The notes beneath the pieces were generated by a model. That model was not told where the DNA came from and did no database searches. It was given only the letters and a program-made list of their open reading frames with translations. DNA of 59,946 bases from Parabacteroides sp. OttesenSCG-928-G21 (lineage in GTDB: Bacteria > Bacteroidota > Bacteroidia > Bacteroidales > Tannerellaceae), in NCBI GenBank assembly GCA_030266465.1, contig JAJDIA010000001.1, forward strand, positions 1 to 59,946, read 5' to 3'. This document shows, piece after piece, positions 28,566 through 37,520 of the stretch (positions within the stretch are counted from its first letter, which is position 1; the number at the start of each line of letters is the position of its first letter). Position numbers and translations under genes: made by a program.

Positions 28566-28732
28566 GGCTCCTTCCCTTAGAAAAGGGAAGGGTGGACCGC
28601 CGCTCTGCGGTGGTGGAAGGGTTTGATCATTTCTATCTTATACGAAATTTGAATAAACATTTATAAAGAATTCCAACTACCCCACCACGGCAAAGCCGCG
28701 GTCCACCCCCTTCTTTTCAAAGAAGGGGAGCC
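28566..28732. repeat. GC-rich imperfect inverted repeat (two ~51-nt arms, ~65-nt AT-rich spacer), each arm with its own sub-hairpins
   Basis: The left arm is GGCTCCTTCCCTTAGAAAAGGGAAGGGTGGACCGCCGCTCTGCGGTGGTGG (28566-28616). The right arm is CCACCACGGCAAAGCCGCGGTCCACCCCCTTCTTTTCAAAGAAGGGGAGCC (28682-28732). GGGTGGACCGC pairs perfectly with GCGGTCCACCC. Confidence 0.85.
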
Positions 28733-28866
28733 AAAATACTCATATATACACATCAAAACACCTTCAAATCTTCTTCAACTAATAAGCGTATAAATAGCTA
28801 TTCTATATTTTAAGAATGGCTATTGCTTTTTAGTAAGAGCAGATAGATGAAAGATTATTTATTCAA

Positions 28867-29308
28867 TTATATTTCATATTTAGCACGAGATAAAGTCCAG
28901 AGTTTGTTCCTTGCAGAGACAAAGTCGTCCCAACATTCATATAGCTTTAATGTGTCTGAAGTTAATTCTATTATTTCCAGATAAGGCCCGCTTTTAATAT
29001 CTCCTTCATATTTATATTTTCCATCAAAGGTGAGGAAAAAATATTTGTTATCGATAAATTCAAAATCGGATGCGTATACGGAGTGCATTCCTCCACCCCC
29101 CCCAATAACTTACAGTCCAATGATTGGTAAATGTAAAAGATCTGCCATTAATCCCAAAATCTGTATATGTTCTATCTTCAGAAGGATAGTAACATTCTTC
29201 AGCATCCCATTCTCCTATAATCGGATGATCGAACTTGAGTTTCTCTTCATTTTTGCTGCAGGCACCAGTTATAAATAGTAAGGCAATCAGACAAATAATC
29301 TTTTTCAT
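28867..29308 (-). pseudogene. lipocalin-like lipoprotein gene interrupted by a frameshift in a G8 homopolymer
   Basis: Track ORFs 29060..29308 (MKKIICLIALLFITGACS...SYWGGWRNAL*) and 28867..29088 (MHSVYASDFEF...) overlap at the C8 run at 29096-29103. Removing one G joins them into one ~147-aa ORF (...SYWGGGGMHSVYASDF...). Confidence 0.8.
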
Positions 29309-29392
29309 ATGGATAAATTTTAAGATATAGACAAATATAATGGTTTCTGCGGAAAAACAAAACCTTAAGAATCACGAGTGAACTACATACCC

Positions 29393-29430
29393 TAAAAAAA
29401 TAAGCTGTCTCAGGACGAAACAGCTTATTT
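29393..29430 (-). terminator. intrinsic terminator after the minus-strand Gfo/TIM-barrel gene pair
   Basis: TAAGCTGT (29401-29408) pairs with ACAGCTTA (29420-29427). The A-run at 29394-29400 becomes a U-run on the minus-strand transcript. Confidence 0.7.
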
Positions 29431-29453
29431 TATATCGTTTATGTAATAACTTC

Positions 29454-30431
29454 TTATTTCACAAAAGAAGCATTTTGTAGAAAGTCAGCACAACCTTTAA
29501 CTCCTTCGAATTGAGTAATGTTTAATGCTTGTACACTTTCCAGTTCCACGAAGAAATCTTCAATGCCATTGGCATACATCTGATTAAAGATGTTTTCAAA
29601 ATTCAATAAGCCGCTTTGTCCAAGAACAGCAGTGTCTTTAATATGCAATGCTTTAATGCGGTTGGCATGTTTCTTTAGATATTCCAACGGATCATTACCG
29701 CCACGAACAGTCCAGTAAACATCTAATTCGAATGATACCAATGCCGGATCAGTATATTCAATCATCAGATCCTGAATTTGTTGTCCGCTTGGAGCAAATG
29801 GATTGCGACCAGCTTGTTCGCCCGGAGTAGTTACGCGATTAAATTCCCAATTGTGATTGTGGTAAGCGAAAGTAATACCTGCTTGTTTGTTGATTTCAGC
29901 TAATTGGTTGAAGTAGTCGCTCATTTGTTTTACCTCGTCGGATGTTTTCATAGACATGATAGGCAAAAACATCGGAATGATCATAAACTTACAACCAAGT
30001 TTCTGGTGTTCTTCGGTTTTAAACTTCCAGTCTTCTTTCAATTTAGGAACATCATCATATGAGAATGGTGCGAACATTTGTTGGCCTTCGATAGAAGGGC
30101 TAACGTGGCTGCTGACAAGTTTCAAACCGGCATCTTCCGCCATTTTTTTGAACTCCATCATATCTACATCTCCAACCTTTCCGGCACTATAACCGGATAG
30201 TTCCAATTTTACATAGCCCATCTCTTTCAATTCCGCCATTCGCTTAGGGAGATCATTGTACAGCTCTTGCTGAAGCGAATAGATCTGTAGTCCCAATACT
30301 TTATTGCCTTTAGGGGCAGCGGCTGTCGCTGTGGCCGTTCCACCACTACAAGATGTTCCGGTTACTCCGGCTAATACACCTCCGGCAGTGATGAGCGACA
30401 TGTTTTTAATAAAATCTCTTCTATTTGTCAT
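29454..30431 (-). CDS. Tat-exported xylose-isomerase-like TIM-barrel protein (sugar phosphate isomerase/epimerase family)
   Basis: Twin-arginine signal MTNRRDFIKNMSLITAGGVLAG. The family character shows in FAYHNHNWEF, HIKD and similar blocks. Confidence 0.8.
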   Translation of the reverse strand: MTNRRDFIKNMSLITAGGVLAGVTGTSCSGGTATATAAAPKGNKVLGLQIYSLQQELYNDLPKRMAELKEMGYVKLELSGYSAGKVGDVDMMEFKKMAEDAGLKLVSSHVSPSIEGQQMFAPFSYDDVPKLKEDWKFKTEEHQKLGCKFMIIPMFLPIMSMKTSDEVKQMSDYFNQLAEINKQAGITFAYHNHNWEFNRVTTPGEQAGRNPFAPSGQQIQDLMIEYTDPALVSFELDVYWTVRGGNDPLEYLKKHANRIKALHIKDTAVLGQSGLLNFENIFNQMYANGIEDFFVELESVQALNITQFEGVKGCADFLQNASFVK

Positions 30432-30438
30432 GATCGTA

Positions 30439-31893
30439 TTATGCTAAATTATTTTTCTTGTAATAAGGTAATGAATATGGATTACGATATTTATACCAAT
30501 ACAGACGGTGATTAGCCGCTTCTTTATCATTCGGGAAGCTTAACGTAGCCGGATCCCATTTCACAGGACGACCTAATTCCAGTGCGATGTTAACCAGACA
30601 GCATAATGTGTTGGTGCTGGCGCCTACCTCTACCGGAGCGATCGGGTTTTTACGTGAGCGTACGCAATCCACAAAGTTTTGCATATGCGGAGAGCTGATT
30701 TCGTAAGTGGTAGCCGCTTGTGCCCGACTTGGGTTATTTGCGTTTTCAGCCATACGCTTCATGTATTCCTGATACATCTTCATCATTTCTTCGCGACTTA
30801 CCGGACGCGTACCTGCTACTTCAGCCGGTACTTTTGAAGGATCCGAACATCCCAGGTATCCACGGGCTACTTCAATCCAACCTTTGGAACCGATAAATTT
30901 AATACCTTGTGCATCTTCATTACTATCCAGGAATGGTTGTTCTGTCATAACAACGCCATTGGCATATTTCATGGTAGCCCATTTGGTTCCGTTGTATCCT
31001 TGTGGGATAAACTCAACCGGACCTGAACCGTCCATGCCTAAAGCAGCCTGAGCGATATCGAACATATGTGCTCCCCAGTCGGCAGTATAGCCATTTCCTG
31101 TTTCGCGGTACCAGCGCCATGCTCCCCATAACTTTTCATTCTGAGCCGGATCAAGAGAGATAGGAGGACATAAGTCATCGTTATAATGAATTTTAGGATC
31201 ATTCAATGGTCCCATCCACATGTTGAAGTTCAAGTTAGCAGGGATCGCTTGTTCCGGTAAATTCAACGGTGTAGGAGGTGCACCTACGCGGGCATATATT
31301 TTTTCGATATGACCGATTGCACCGGTTTGTACTAATTCGATGGCTTTTTGGAATTCAGCGCTTGAACGCTGCTGGCTACCTACTTGTAATACGCGATTAT
31401 TGTCACGTACGGCTTTTATCATAGCTAATCCTTCAGTGATGGTATAGGCCAACGGTTTTTGACAATACACATCTTTACCTGCTTCGCAAGCGTGTATTGT
31501 TGCCAGGGCATGCCAGTGATCCGGTGTCGCTACTTCTACCGCATCAATATCCTTACGATTAAGTAAGTCTTCATAAAATTCGTATTTGTCACAACGCTGA
31601 TTCATCCCTTTAGATGCTTGCCATGCTTCAATACGTCTTTTGAAACGTTCGGTTTTCATTGTGTCTACATCACAACAGGCGGCCACCTGAATACCCGGAC
31701 ATGCAGCGAAGCCGGTGAAATCAGACAAAGCTTGTTGTCCTAAACCAATGAAACCTAATACAACTCTGTCACTTGGGGCAATACGAACACCGTTTTGCGC
31801 CCAACTCGGCATGATCGTCAGTCCGGTTAATCCTAAGGCTGAATAACCCAGGAATGCCCGGCGACTAATGCCATTTTTTTTGTTTTCTTTCAT
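30439..31893 (-). CDS. Tat-exported Gfo/Idh/MocA-family oxidoreductase
   Basis: Twin-arginine signal ISRRAFLGYSALGLTGL, a Rossmann N-terminus (LGFIGLGQQ) and VYCQKPL (EKP-type motif). Confidence 0.85.
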   Translation of the reverse strand: MKENKKNGISRRAFLGYSALGLTGLTIMPSWAQNGVRIAPSDRVVLGFIGLGQQALSDFTGFAACPGIQVAACCDVDTMKTERFKRRIEAWQASKGMNQRCDKYEFYEDLLNRKDIDAVEVATPDHWHALATIHACEAGKDVYCQKPLAYTITEGLAMIKAVRDNNRVLQVGSQQRSSAEFQKAIELVQTGAIGHIEKIYARVGAPPTPLNLPEQAIPANLNFNMWMGPLNDPKIHYNDDLCPPISLDPAQNEKLWGAWRWYRETGNGYTADWGAHMFDIAQAALGMDGSGPVEFIPQGYNGTKWATMKYANGVVMTEQPFLDSNEDAQGIKFIGSKGWIEVARGYLGCSDPSKVPAEVAGTRPVSREEMMKMYQEYMKRMAENANNPSRAQAATTYEISSPHMQNFVDCVRSRKNPIAPVEVGASTNTLCCLVNIALELGRPVKWDPATLSFPNDKEAANHRLYWYKYRNPYSLPYYKKNNLA

Positions 31894-32175
31894 GATACAA
31901 ATGTTTTATTATAAGAACGATTAAAAAATCAATCTTCAAAACTATAAAATGATTGGGATATATTCAACCGAAGGGAATTGACATAAGTCAAATAGGGCTG
32001 GATTTGTCGGGAAAGATGGTTAATTTTTGTTATATATGCTATTTTTTTACAGTAACTCAAAACATTTTGTAGGGTTGCTCTGTTTTACAGAATCACATGT
32101 GAAAGCAGATAAAATATTATTTATTTACAAGAAAGTATGACGCATGATACGCGCTGATTTTTTCACAAAATGCGC

Positions 32176-32183
32176 TATCTTTG
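32176..32183 (+). promoter_or_regulatory. Bacteroidetes-type -7 promoter box (TATCTTTG) upstream of the hybrid kinase gene
   Basis: tatctttg at 32176-32183 lies 33 nt upstream of the ATG at 32216. It sits inside the track's longer ORF, which argues for the downstream start. Confidence 0.5.
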
Positions 32184-32215
32184 CACATTATTTATATATC
32201 AGATTGAGGGACCCT

Positions 32216-35200
32216 ATGAGATTAAAACGTTTATTTACCATGCGGATGAAGCACTTATTACCTGTATTATTTATAACTTTATCATTGAATTTTAGTGTTT
32301 TCGCATCTGTTGTCGATGTTGAGAACACGAAGGATTATATCCTTATTATAAACCCTGATGCAGAGACTTGCGCCTGGGGTGAGACACTTATTCCTACCAT
32401 TAGTAAAGAACTTACTGCTAAATATCCGGATTTAGATGTAAAAATAGAATATATGTATGCCTTAGGTATTACCGATGAAGAAGGCATCAATGATTTTAAA
32501 GCACATCTGTTTGGGAAGTATCAAAAACCACCTAAATACCTGATGCTTTTTGAAACGGATGCTTATGCTATTTTACATGAAAGCATAGATGAGTATTGGG
32601 GAGAAGATATCCCTGCGTTAGTAATAGCCCGTGAGTCTTTTATAGGACCCTCGTCATACTATCTGGAACGGGAAGCTATTCCTGAAAAAGATAGGACTTA
32701 TTTGAATAAAATAGCAGAATCCCGGGATAATATATATGTTGTATATGATCTTTTTGATATACCCGGTACGATTGATATTATGAAAGGTATGTATCCGGAT
32801 ATCCATAATATCGTATTTATTACAGATGGCAGATATATTAGTGCAGAAAATCGCAAGGAGGTTATAGAGGCTGTAGCTGCTAAATATCCGAACATGACTG
32901 TTGAGAATTTAACTCCGGATACTTTAACTACAGACCAGTTGATCCAAAAATTCCAAGCGATACCTGAAGGAAGTGGTTTTCTCTATTTTACATGGTTTAA
33001 TAATGAATTGACCGGAGAAAAAGACCTTATTTTACAAACAAATGCATATCGAATTTTCAGTTTGTATGTAAATTATCCGGTCTTTACAATCAATGATGTC
33101 GGCCTGAAAGAAAGCGGTATGTTGGGCGGTAGTTATACGCGCTTTGACCAGGTAAAGGAAACAATAACAAATACAATGGATGATATTATTGCCGGACGTT
33201 CTGTCAGCCATAATATATCAGTGCCTAAGCCTGTTCCGACATTTAACTATTTAGCGATGCAGAATCATAACATCTCATTGTCTGATGTCCCTTCGAATAG
33301 TTATCTGTATCACCGTCCGCTGACTTTCCTTGAAAAGAATAAAGATCTGATATTAGGCCTGGCGGTAATTTTATTCCTGAGTATTATTTTTAGCCGTATC
33401 ATCTTGCTGATTAAGACACGCAAGATGCAGGATAAAGAGATTAAGCTATTGGAGCGGTATAGTGATCTGGTCAATAATATGCCGATCGGTTATGAACAAG
33501 AGCAGTTAATCTTCAATGAAACCGGCGAACCGGTGGACTATATAGTGACAGAAGTTAACTCGACTTTTGAGAAACTGATTACTCCCAGCGAAGATATTAT
33601 CGGTAAAAAAGGTAGTGAGGTTAATCTTGCATTAGTAACAGAACTATCCAATATCTATAAAATGTTTCTTGAGGGGAAAACGAAAAGAGTCACCATGCCT
33701 TATTACCATAAAGAAACAGATCGTTTTTTCAATATAATTATTACCTCCTCGGGTAAGTTTGGTAATATAGACCTTTTCTTTACGGATGCAACGGAATTAT
33801 ATAAAACACAACAACTGCTTCGTACGGCCAACAATAAATTGTCCATGTCTCTGGATATTGCGAATATAACACCATGGAAATGGGATATTGAAAGCCGGAG
33901 TATGACCTATGAAGATAATAAACCGATAGAAACTTATCTGGACGGATCTGAAAAAGAAGAGACTAAGGATGCAAGTATCGTATTGACGGAAGCGGAATAT
34001 TTCTCTCTTATCCATGTCGATGATCGTGAACGGGTAAAACAGGCTTTCCAGGATTTATTGGAGGGAAAAATTGATAAGGCTAAAGAAGAATATCGTATTT
34101 ATTTCACGCCTGAAAGTCTGAATTTTGACTGGGTTGAGGCACAAGCAGTGGTTGAAAAACGTGATAAAGAAGGAAAACCTTTGTCCGTGGTCGGATCTTC
34201 ACTGACGATTACAGAACGCAAACATATTGAAGAAGAATTGCTTCGCGCCAAAGAAAAGGCAGAAGAATCCAACCGGTTGAAATCAGCTTTCTTGGCCAAT
34301 ATGAGCCATGAAATACGGACTCCTCTTAATGCTATTGTCGGTTTCTCTAATATCTTGGCTACAACAGAGAAGGAAGAGGAAAAGATGGAGTATATCAATA
34401 TTATTGAAAATAATAATACGCTGTTGTTACAACTGGTTAGTGATATTCTGGATCTTTCCAAACTTGAGGCCGGAACAATGGAGGTGAATTATACGGATGT
34501 TGATCTGAATAAGGTGATGCAGGATCAGGTGGAACATGTACAGGAAAAGGCTGCTCCTGGTGTTCAGGTTATATTAGAACAACAGCCGGACGAATGTCAT
34601 GTAAAGATTGAAAAAATACGCTTGTTGCAAGTCCTGACAAATCTGTTAATGAATGCGGCTAAGTTTACGGCAAAAGGGGAAATCCGTTTTGGATATTCCG
34701 TACAGGATGATAAAATGTTACGCTTCTATGTGTCGGATACCGGTAAAGGTATAGCAAGAGATCAGGTCGATAAAATATTTGGTCGCTTTGTGAAATTGGA
34801 TACATTTAAGCAGGGGACCGGACTTGGACTATCCTTGTGTCAGGCTATTGTAGACCATTTTGGTGGAGAAATAGGCGTTGATTCTGAAGAAGCTAAAGGA
34901 TCTACCTTCTGGTTTACTTTCCCTTATGCGAAATCAGCCGTTAAGCCGGCTAAAGAAATTGTCGATACTGTCGAGGAGAAACAGAAACCTGTTATTTTGA
35001 TAGCAGAAGATATTCCCAGCAACTTTGAATTGTTTGAATTGATTCTCAAACACGATTATGAGATTGTTCATGCATGGGATGGAAAAGAGGCCGTGGATTT
35101 GTTTAAAGAGAAAAACCCGCTGCTTATCCTTATGGATATTAATATGCCGAAGCTTAATGGATATGAGGCAACTATGGAAATCCGTAAGCTCTCGAGAGAT

Positions 35201-35347
35201 GTTCCTATTATTGCTGTTACGGCATACGCATTTTCTACCGATGAGAATCAGATCAAGAAAAATGGCTTCAGTGCTTATACACCGAAACCATTGGATGCAC
35301 AGAGTTTGAAAAATCAAATTTCCGAATTACTGGAGTACACCAATTGA
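32216..35347 (+). CDS. orphan hybrid sensor histidine kinase / response regulator (large extracytoplasmic domain, TM, PAS-like region, HisKA, HATPase, REC; no DNA-binding output)
   Basis: Signal/TM segment, a ~330-aa extracytoplasmic domain, a second TM (LGLAVILFLSIIFSRIILLI), an H-box (NMSHEIRTPLN), a G-box (GTGLGLSLC) and a receiver (LILMDINMPKLNG). The start at 32216 (MRLKRLF) was chosen from the promoter position; 32240 is also possible. Confidence 0.88.
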   Translation: MRLKRLFTMRMKHLLPVLFITLSLNFSVFASVVDVENTKDYILIINPDAETCAWGETLIPTISKELTAKYPDLDVKIEYMYALGITDEEGINDFKAHLFGKYQKPPKYLMLFETDAYAILHESIDEYWGEDIPALVIARESFIGPSSYYLEREAIPEKDRTYLNKIAESRDNIYVVYDLFDIPGTIDIMKGMYPDIHNIVFITDGRYISAENRKEVIEAVAAKYPNMTVENLTPDTLTTDQLIQKFQAIPEGSGFLYFTWFNNELTGEKDLILQTNAYRIFSLYVNYPVFTINDVGLKESGMLGGSYTRFDQVKETITNTMDDIIAGRSVSHNISVPKPVPTFNYLAMQNHNISLSDVPSNSYLYHRPLTFLEKNKDLILGLAVILFLSIIFSRIILLIKTRKMQDKEIKLLERYSDLVNNMPIGYEQEQLIFNETGEPVDYIVTEVNSTFEKLITPSEDIIGKKGSEVNLALVTELSNIYKMFLEGKTKRVTMPYYHKETDRFFNIIITSSGKFGNIDLFFTDATELYKTQQLLRTANNKLSMSLDIANITPWKWDIESRSMTYEDNKPIETYLDGSEKEETKDASIVLTEAEYFSLIHVDDRERVKQAFQDLLEGKIDKAKEEYRIYFTPESLNFDWVEAQAVVEKRDKEGKPLSVVGSSLTITERKHIEEELLRAKEKAEESNRLKSAFLANMSHEIRTPLNAIVGFSNILATTEKEEEKMEYINIIENNNTLLLQLVSDILDLSKLEAGTMEVNYTDVDLNKVMQDQVEHVQEKAAPGVQVILEQQPDECHVKIEKIRLLQVLTNLLMNAAKFTAKGEIRFGYSVQDDKMLRFYVSDTGKGIARDQVDKIFGRFVKLDTFKQGTGLGLSLCQAIVDHFGGEIGVDSEEAKGSTFWFTFPYAKSAVKPAKEIVDTVEEKQKPVILIAEDIPSNFELFELILKHDYEIVHAWDGKEAVDLFKEKNPLLILMDINMPKLNGYEATMEIRKLSRDVPIIAVTAYAFSTDENQIKKNGFSAYTPKPLDAQSLKNQISELLEYTN

Positions 35348-35377
35348 TTTTACTATAAAAGATATTCAATACGAGAA

Positions 35378-35414
35378 GGGGCTGTCCGATTTAATTTTTG
35401 GACAGCCTCTTTTA
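35378..35414 (+). terminator. intrinsic terminator after the hybrid kinase gene
   Basis: GGCTGTCC (35380-35387) pairs with GGACAGCC (35400-35407), followed by TCTTTTAT. Confidence 0.75.
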
Positions 35415-35507
35415 TATCCGGAGATGTTCTAAAAGCAACTCTTTTTTTATGTGTGTAAAGTCAATGAAAATATACAACGAATTCCTATAGTCGTCGCTAT
35501 CTTTTTT

Positions 35508-35595
35508 GCTTTTGACTCCTGTGAAAAAGCTTTTTGACAGCAGTGATAAACTTTTTTGACAGCTGTGCTAAAGCTTTTCGACTCCTGTCAAAAGC
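35508..35595. repeat. 4 x ~22-bp tandem array (array c)
   Basis: U1 GCTTTTGACTCCTGTGAAAAA, U2 GCTTTTTGACAGCAGTGATAAA, U3 CTTTTTTGACAGCTGTGCTAAA, U4 GCTTTTCGACTCCTGTCAAAA. The outer units resemble each other, as do the inner units. Confidence 0.85.
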
Positions 35596-35670
35596 ATAAA
35601 GCATTAGTAATAAAACAGACAATCATCACTATGATATAGGGGGAAGAATGTAATATTTTCCGGGTTTACG

Positions 35671-35694
35671 TTAATTTATACCTGGGTCTAACTG
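35671..35694 (-). repeat. solitary copy of the array-d unit (22/24 nt identical to 47425-47448)
   Basis: The minus strand reads CAGTTAGACCCAGGTATAAATTAA, against CAGTTAGACCCGGGTATAAATTTA at 47425-47448. Confidence 0.85.
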
Positions 35695-35732
35695 GTTTTA
35701 TAGGAGTTTTCTGGTATCACATTCCCTTTTTT

Positions 35733-36377
35733 TCAGCGGGCGGTAATATGGAAACAGCCTTGTTGGCGTTCGTGTTTGATATAGCAACGATCCGCTCGTT
35801 TCAGGTCGCGTAAGACCATTGCTAAAACCATTTTTAAACGATCACTGTCGATGTTTAAGGTGTCTTTTTCATTGATCTTGGTATATCTTACCCAGGAGAT
35901 ATCGACGGTTGTTCCAAATAAATGGGCAGAATTTGCGGATGCGTTTATATTTCTTTTACTCAGGCTCTGAATGTCGTCCACTGTCCGGGTTACGCTCGTT
36001 ACTTTTATCTTATATAAAGAGGCATTGTGGTTGTAAAGAGAGTCCTGAAAATTTTTACCGATATCCTCTAATAGTTTGGCTGCTTCCGGCACCAGAAAAG
36101 GAATGGAGTGGGTTAATTCTTCGATTTCGTAATATTTGTTTGATTTGATTTCGACCATTTTTCTTGAGGCATGTTTGGCCTCTTCCCTGGAGGATATGGG
36201 TTGGATGCCAATAGCATTGGCTGCGTTTAAATGCAATTCGTTCAGATCGTTGAAATCCCGATTGTAGCTTCCGTTATACCAAATTCGCTTTAGTTCTCCT
36301 CGTTTTTCCTTGCAGGCAGAAGGAATTATCAATGTTGCTAACAGCAAAAGCAACAAAGCATGGTGTGTTCTTTTCAT
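35733..36377 (-). CDS. hypothetical lipoprotein (possible LAS/VanY-like metallopeptidase fold)
   Basis: Signal and lipobox (LIIPSACKE). SAHLFGTTVDIS resembles the H-x-x-G-x-x-D metal site of M15/VanY-type enzymes; this is a weak inference. Confidence 0.5.
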   Translation of the reverse strand: MKRTHHALLLLLLATLIIPSACKEKRGELKRIWYNGSYNRDFNDLNELHLNAANAIGIQPISSREEAKHASRKMVEIKSNKYYEIEELTHSIPFLVPEAAKLLEDIGKNFQDSLYNHNASLYKIKVTSVTRTVDDIQSLSKRNINASANSAHLFGTTVDISWVRYTKINEKDTLNIDSDRLKMVLAMVLRDLKRADRCYIKHERQQGCFHITAR

Positions 36378-36526
36378 TCTCTTGTCACAGTATGGTAAGC
36401 AAAAGTAATGATAATCGCAGAAAACCCAATGCGGACAACGTAAAAAATAGCAGCTAAGTCAATTAGTAAACAGGAATATTACTAATTTTGTATACTTTAA
36501 ATTATTGACAGACCAAAAAGAGTTGA

Positions 36527-37516
36527 ATGATAGAACGAATATATATTCTGGAGAATGTTGATCCCGTGATTTTTTACGGTGTAAATAATGTCAACATGCA
36601 GTTGATCAAAACCTTATTCCCTAAGTTGCGGATTGTTGCCCGCGGAAATGTGATGAAAGTGATCGGCGAGGAGGGAGAATCGGAATTGTTTCTGAAAAAG
36701 ATCCGTGAGGTGGAAAAATATTGTGAAGAATATAATTTACTTACGGAAGAGGTCATTCTGGATATAATAAAAGGAAAAGCTCCAACAACAGTAAAGCAGG
36801 AAAACCTGATTATTCATGGTATGAACGGAAAACCGATTCTTGCCCGTTCGGACAATCAGCAATTGCTGGTGAAATCGTTTGAAAAAAATGATCTGGTTTT
36901 TGCGATCGGTCCTGCCGGTACCGGAAAAACGTTTGTGGCCATAGCATTAGCTGTCAGGGCATTGAAAAACAAGGAAGTTCGTAAGATTATTTTGAGTCGT
37001 CCCGCGGTGGAGGCCGGAGAGAAACTGGGCTTTCTTCCCGGAGAGATGAAGGACAAGCTCGATCCTTATTTGCAACCCTTGTATGATGCTTTACAGGATA
37101 TGTTGCCGGCTGCCAAGCTAAAAGAATATATGGAGAATAATGTTATTCAGATCGCTCCGTTAGCTTTTATGCGCGGACGGACTCTGAATGATGCTGTTAT
37201 TATTCTGGATGAGGCTCAGAACACGACTACGCATCAGATAAAGATGTTTTTAACACGCTTGGGGATGAATGCAAAGATGGTGGTGACAGGTGATGTTACG
37301 CAGATAGACTTGCCTCCGACGGCAACTTCCGGATTGATACAGGCGATGCATATATTGAAAGGTGTTGATGGAATAGGTAAAGTGGAATTTAATAAAAAAG
37401 ATATTGTACGACATAAGTTGGTTCAACGCATAGTAGAGGCTTATGACAAGCATGATGCCGCAAAGAGAAAAGAGGCAAAACAGAAAAAAGAGGATAATAA
37501 AATTAATAATAGCTGA
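36527..37516 (+). CDS. phoH: PhoH-family ATPase
   Basis: Walker [10 protein letters not shown], Walker B ILDEAQN and conserved PhoH blocks ([16 protein letters not shown]). Confidence 0.92.
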   Translation: MIERIYILENVDPVIFYGVNNVNMQLIKTLFPKLRIVARGNVMKVIGEEGESELFLKKIREVEKYCEEYNLLTEEVILDIIKGKAPTTVKQENLIIHGMNGKPILARSDNQQLLVKSFEKNDLVFAIGPAGTGKTFVAIALAVRALKNKEVRKIILSRPAVEAGEKLGFLPGEMKDKLDPYLQPLYDALQDMLPAAKLKEYMENNVIQIAPLAFMRGRTLNDAVIILDEAQNTTTHQIKMFLTRLGMNAKMVVTGDVTQIDLPPTATSGLIQAMHILKGVDGIGKVEFNKKDIVRHKLVQRIVEAYDKHDAAKRKEAKQKKEDNKINNS

Positions 37517-37520
37517 AGGT

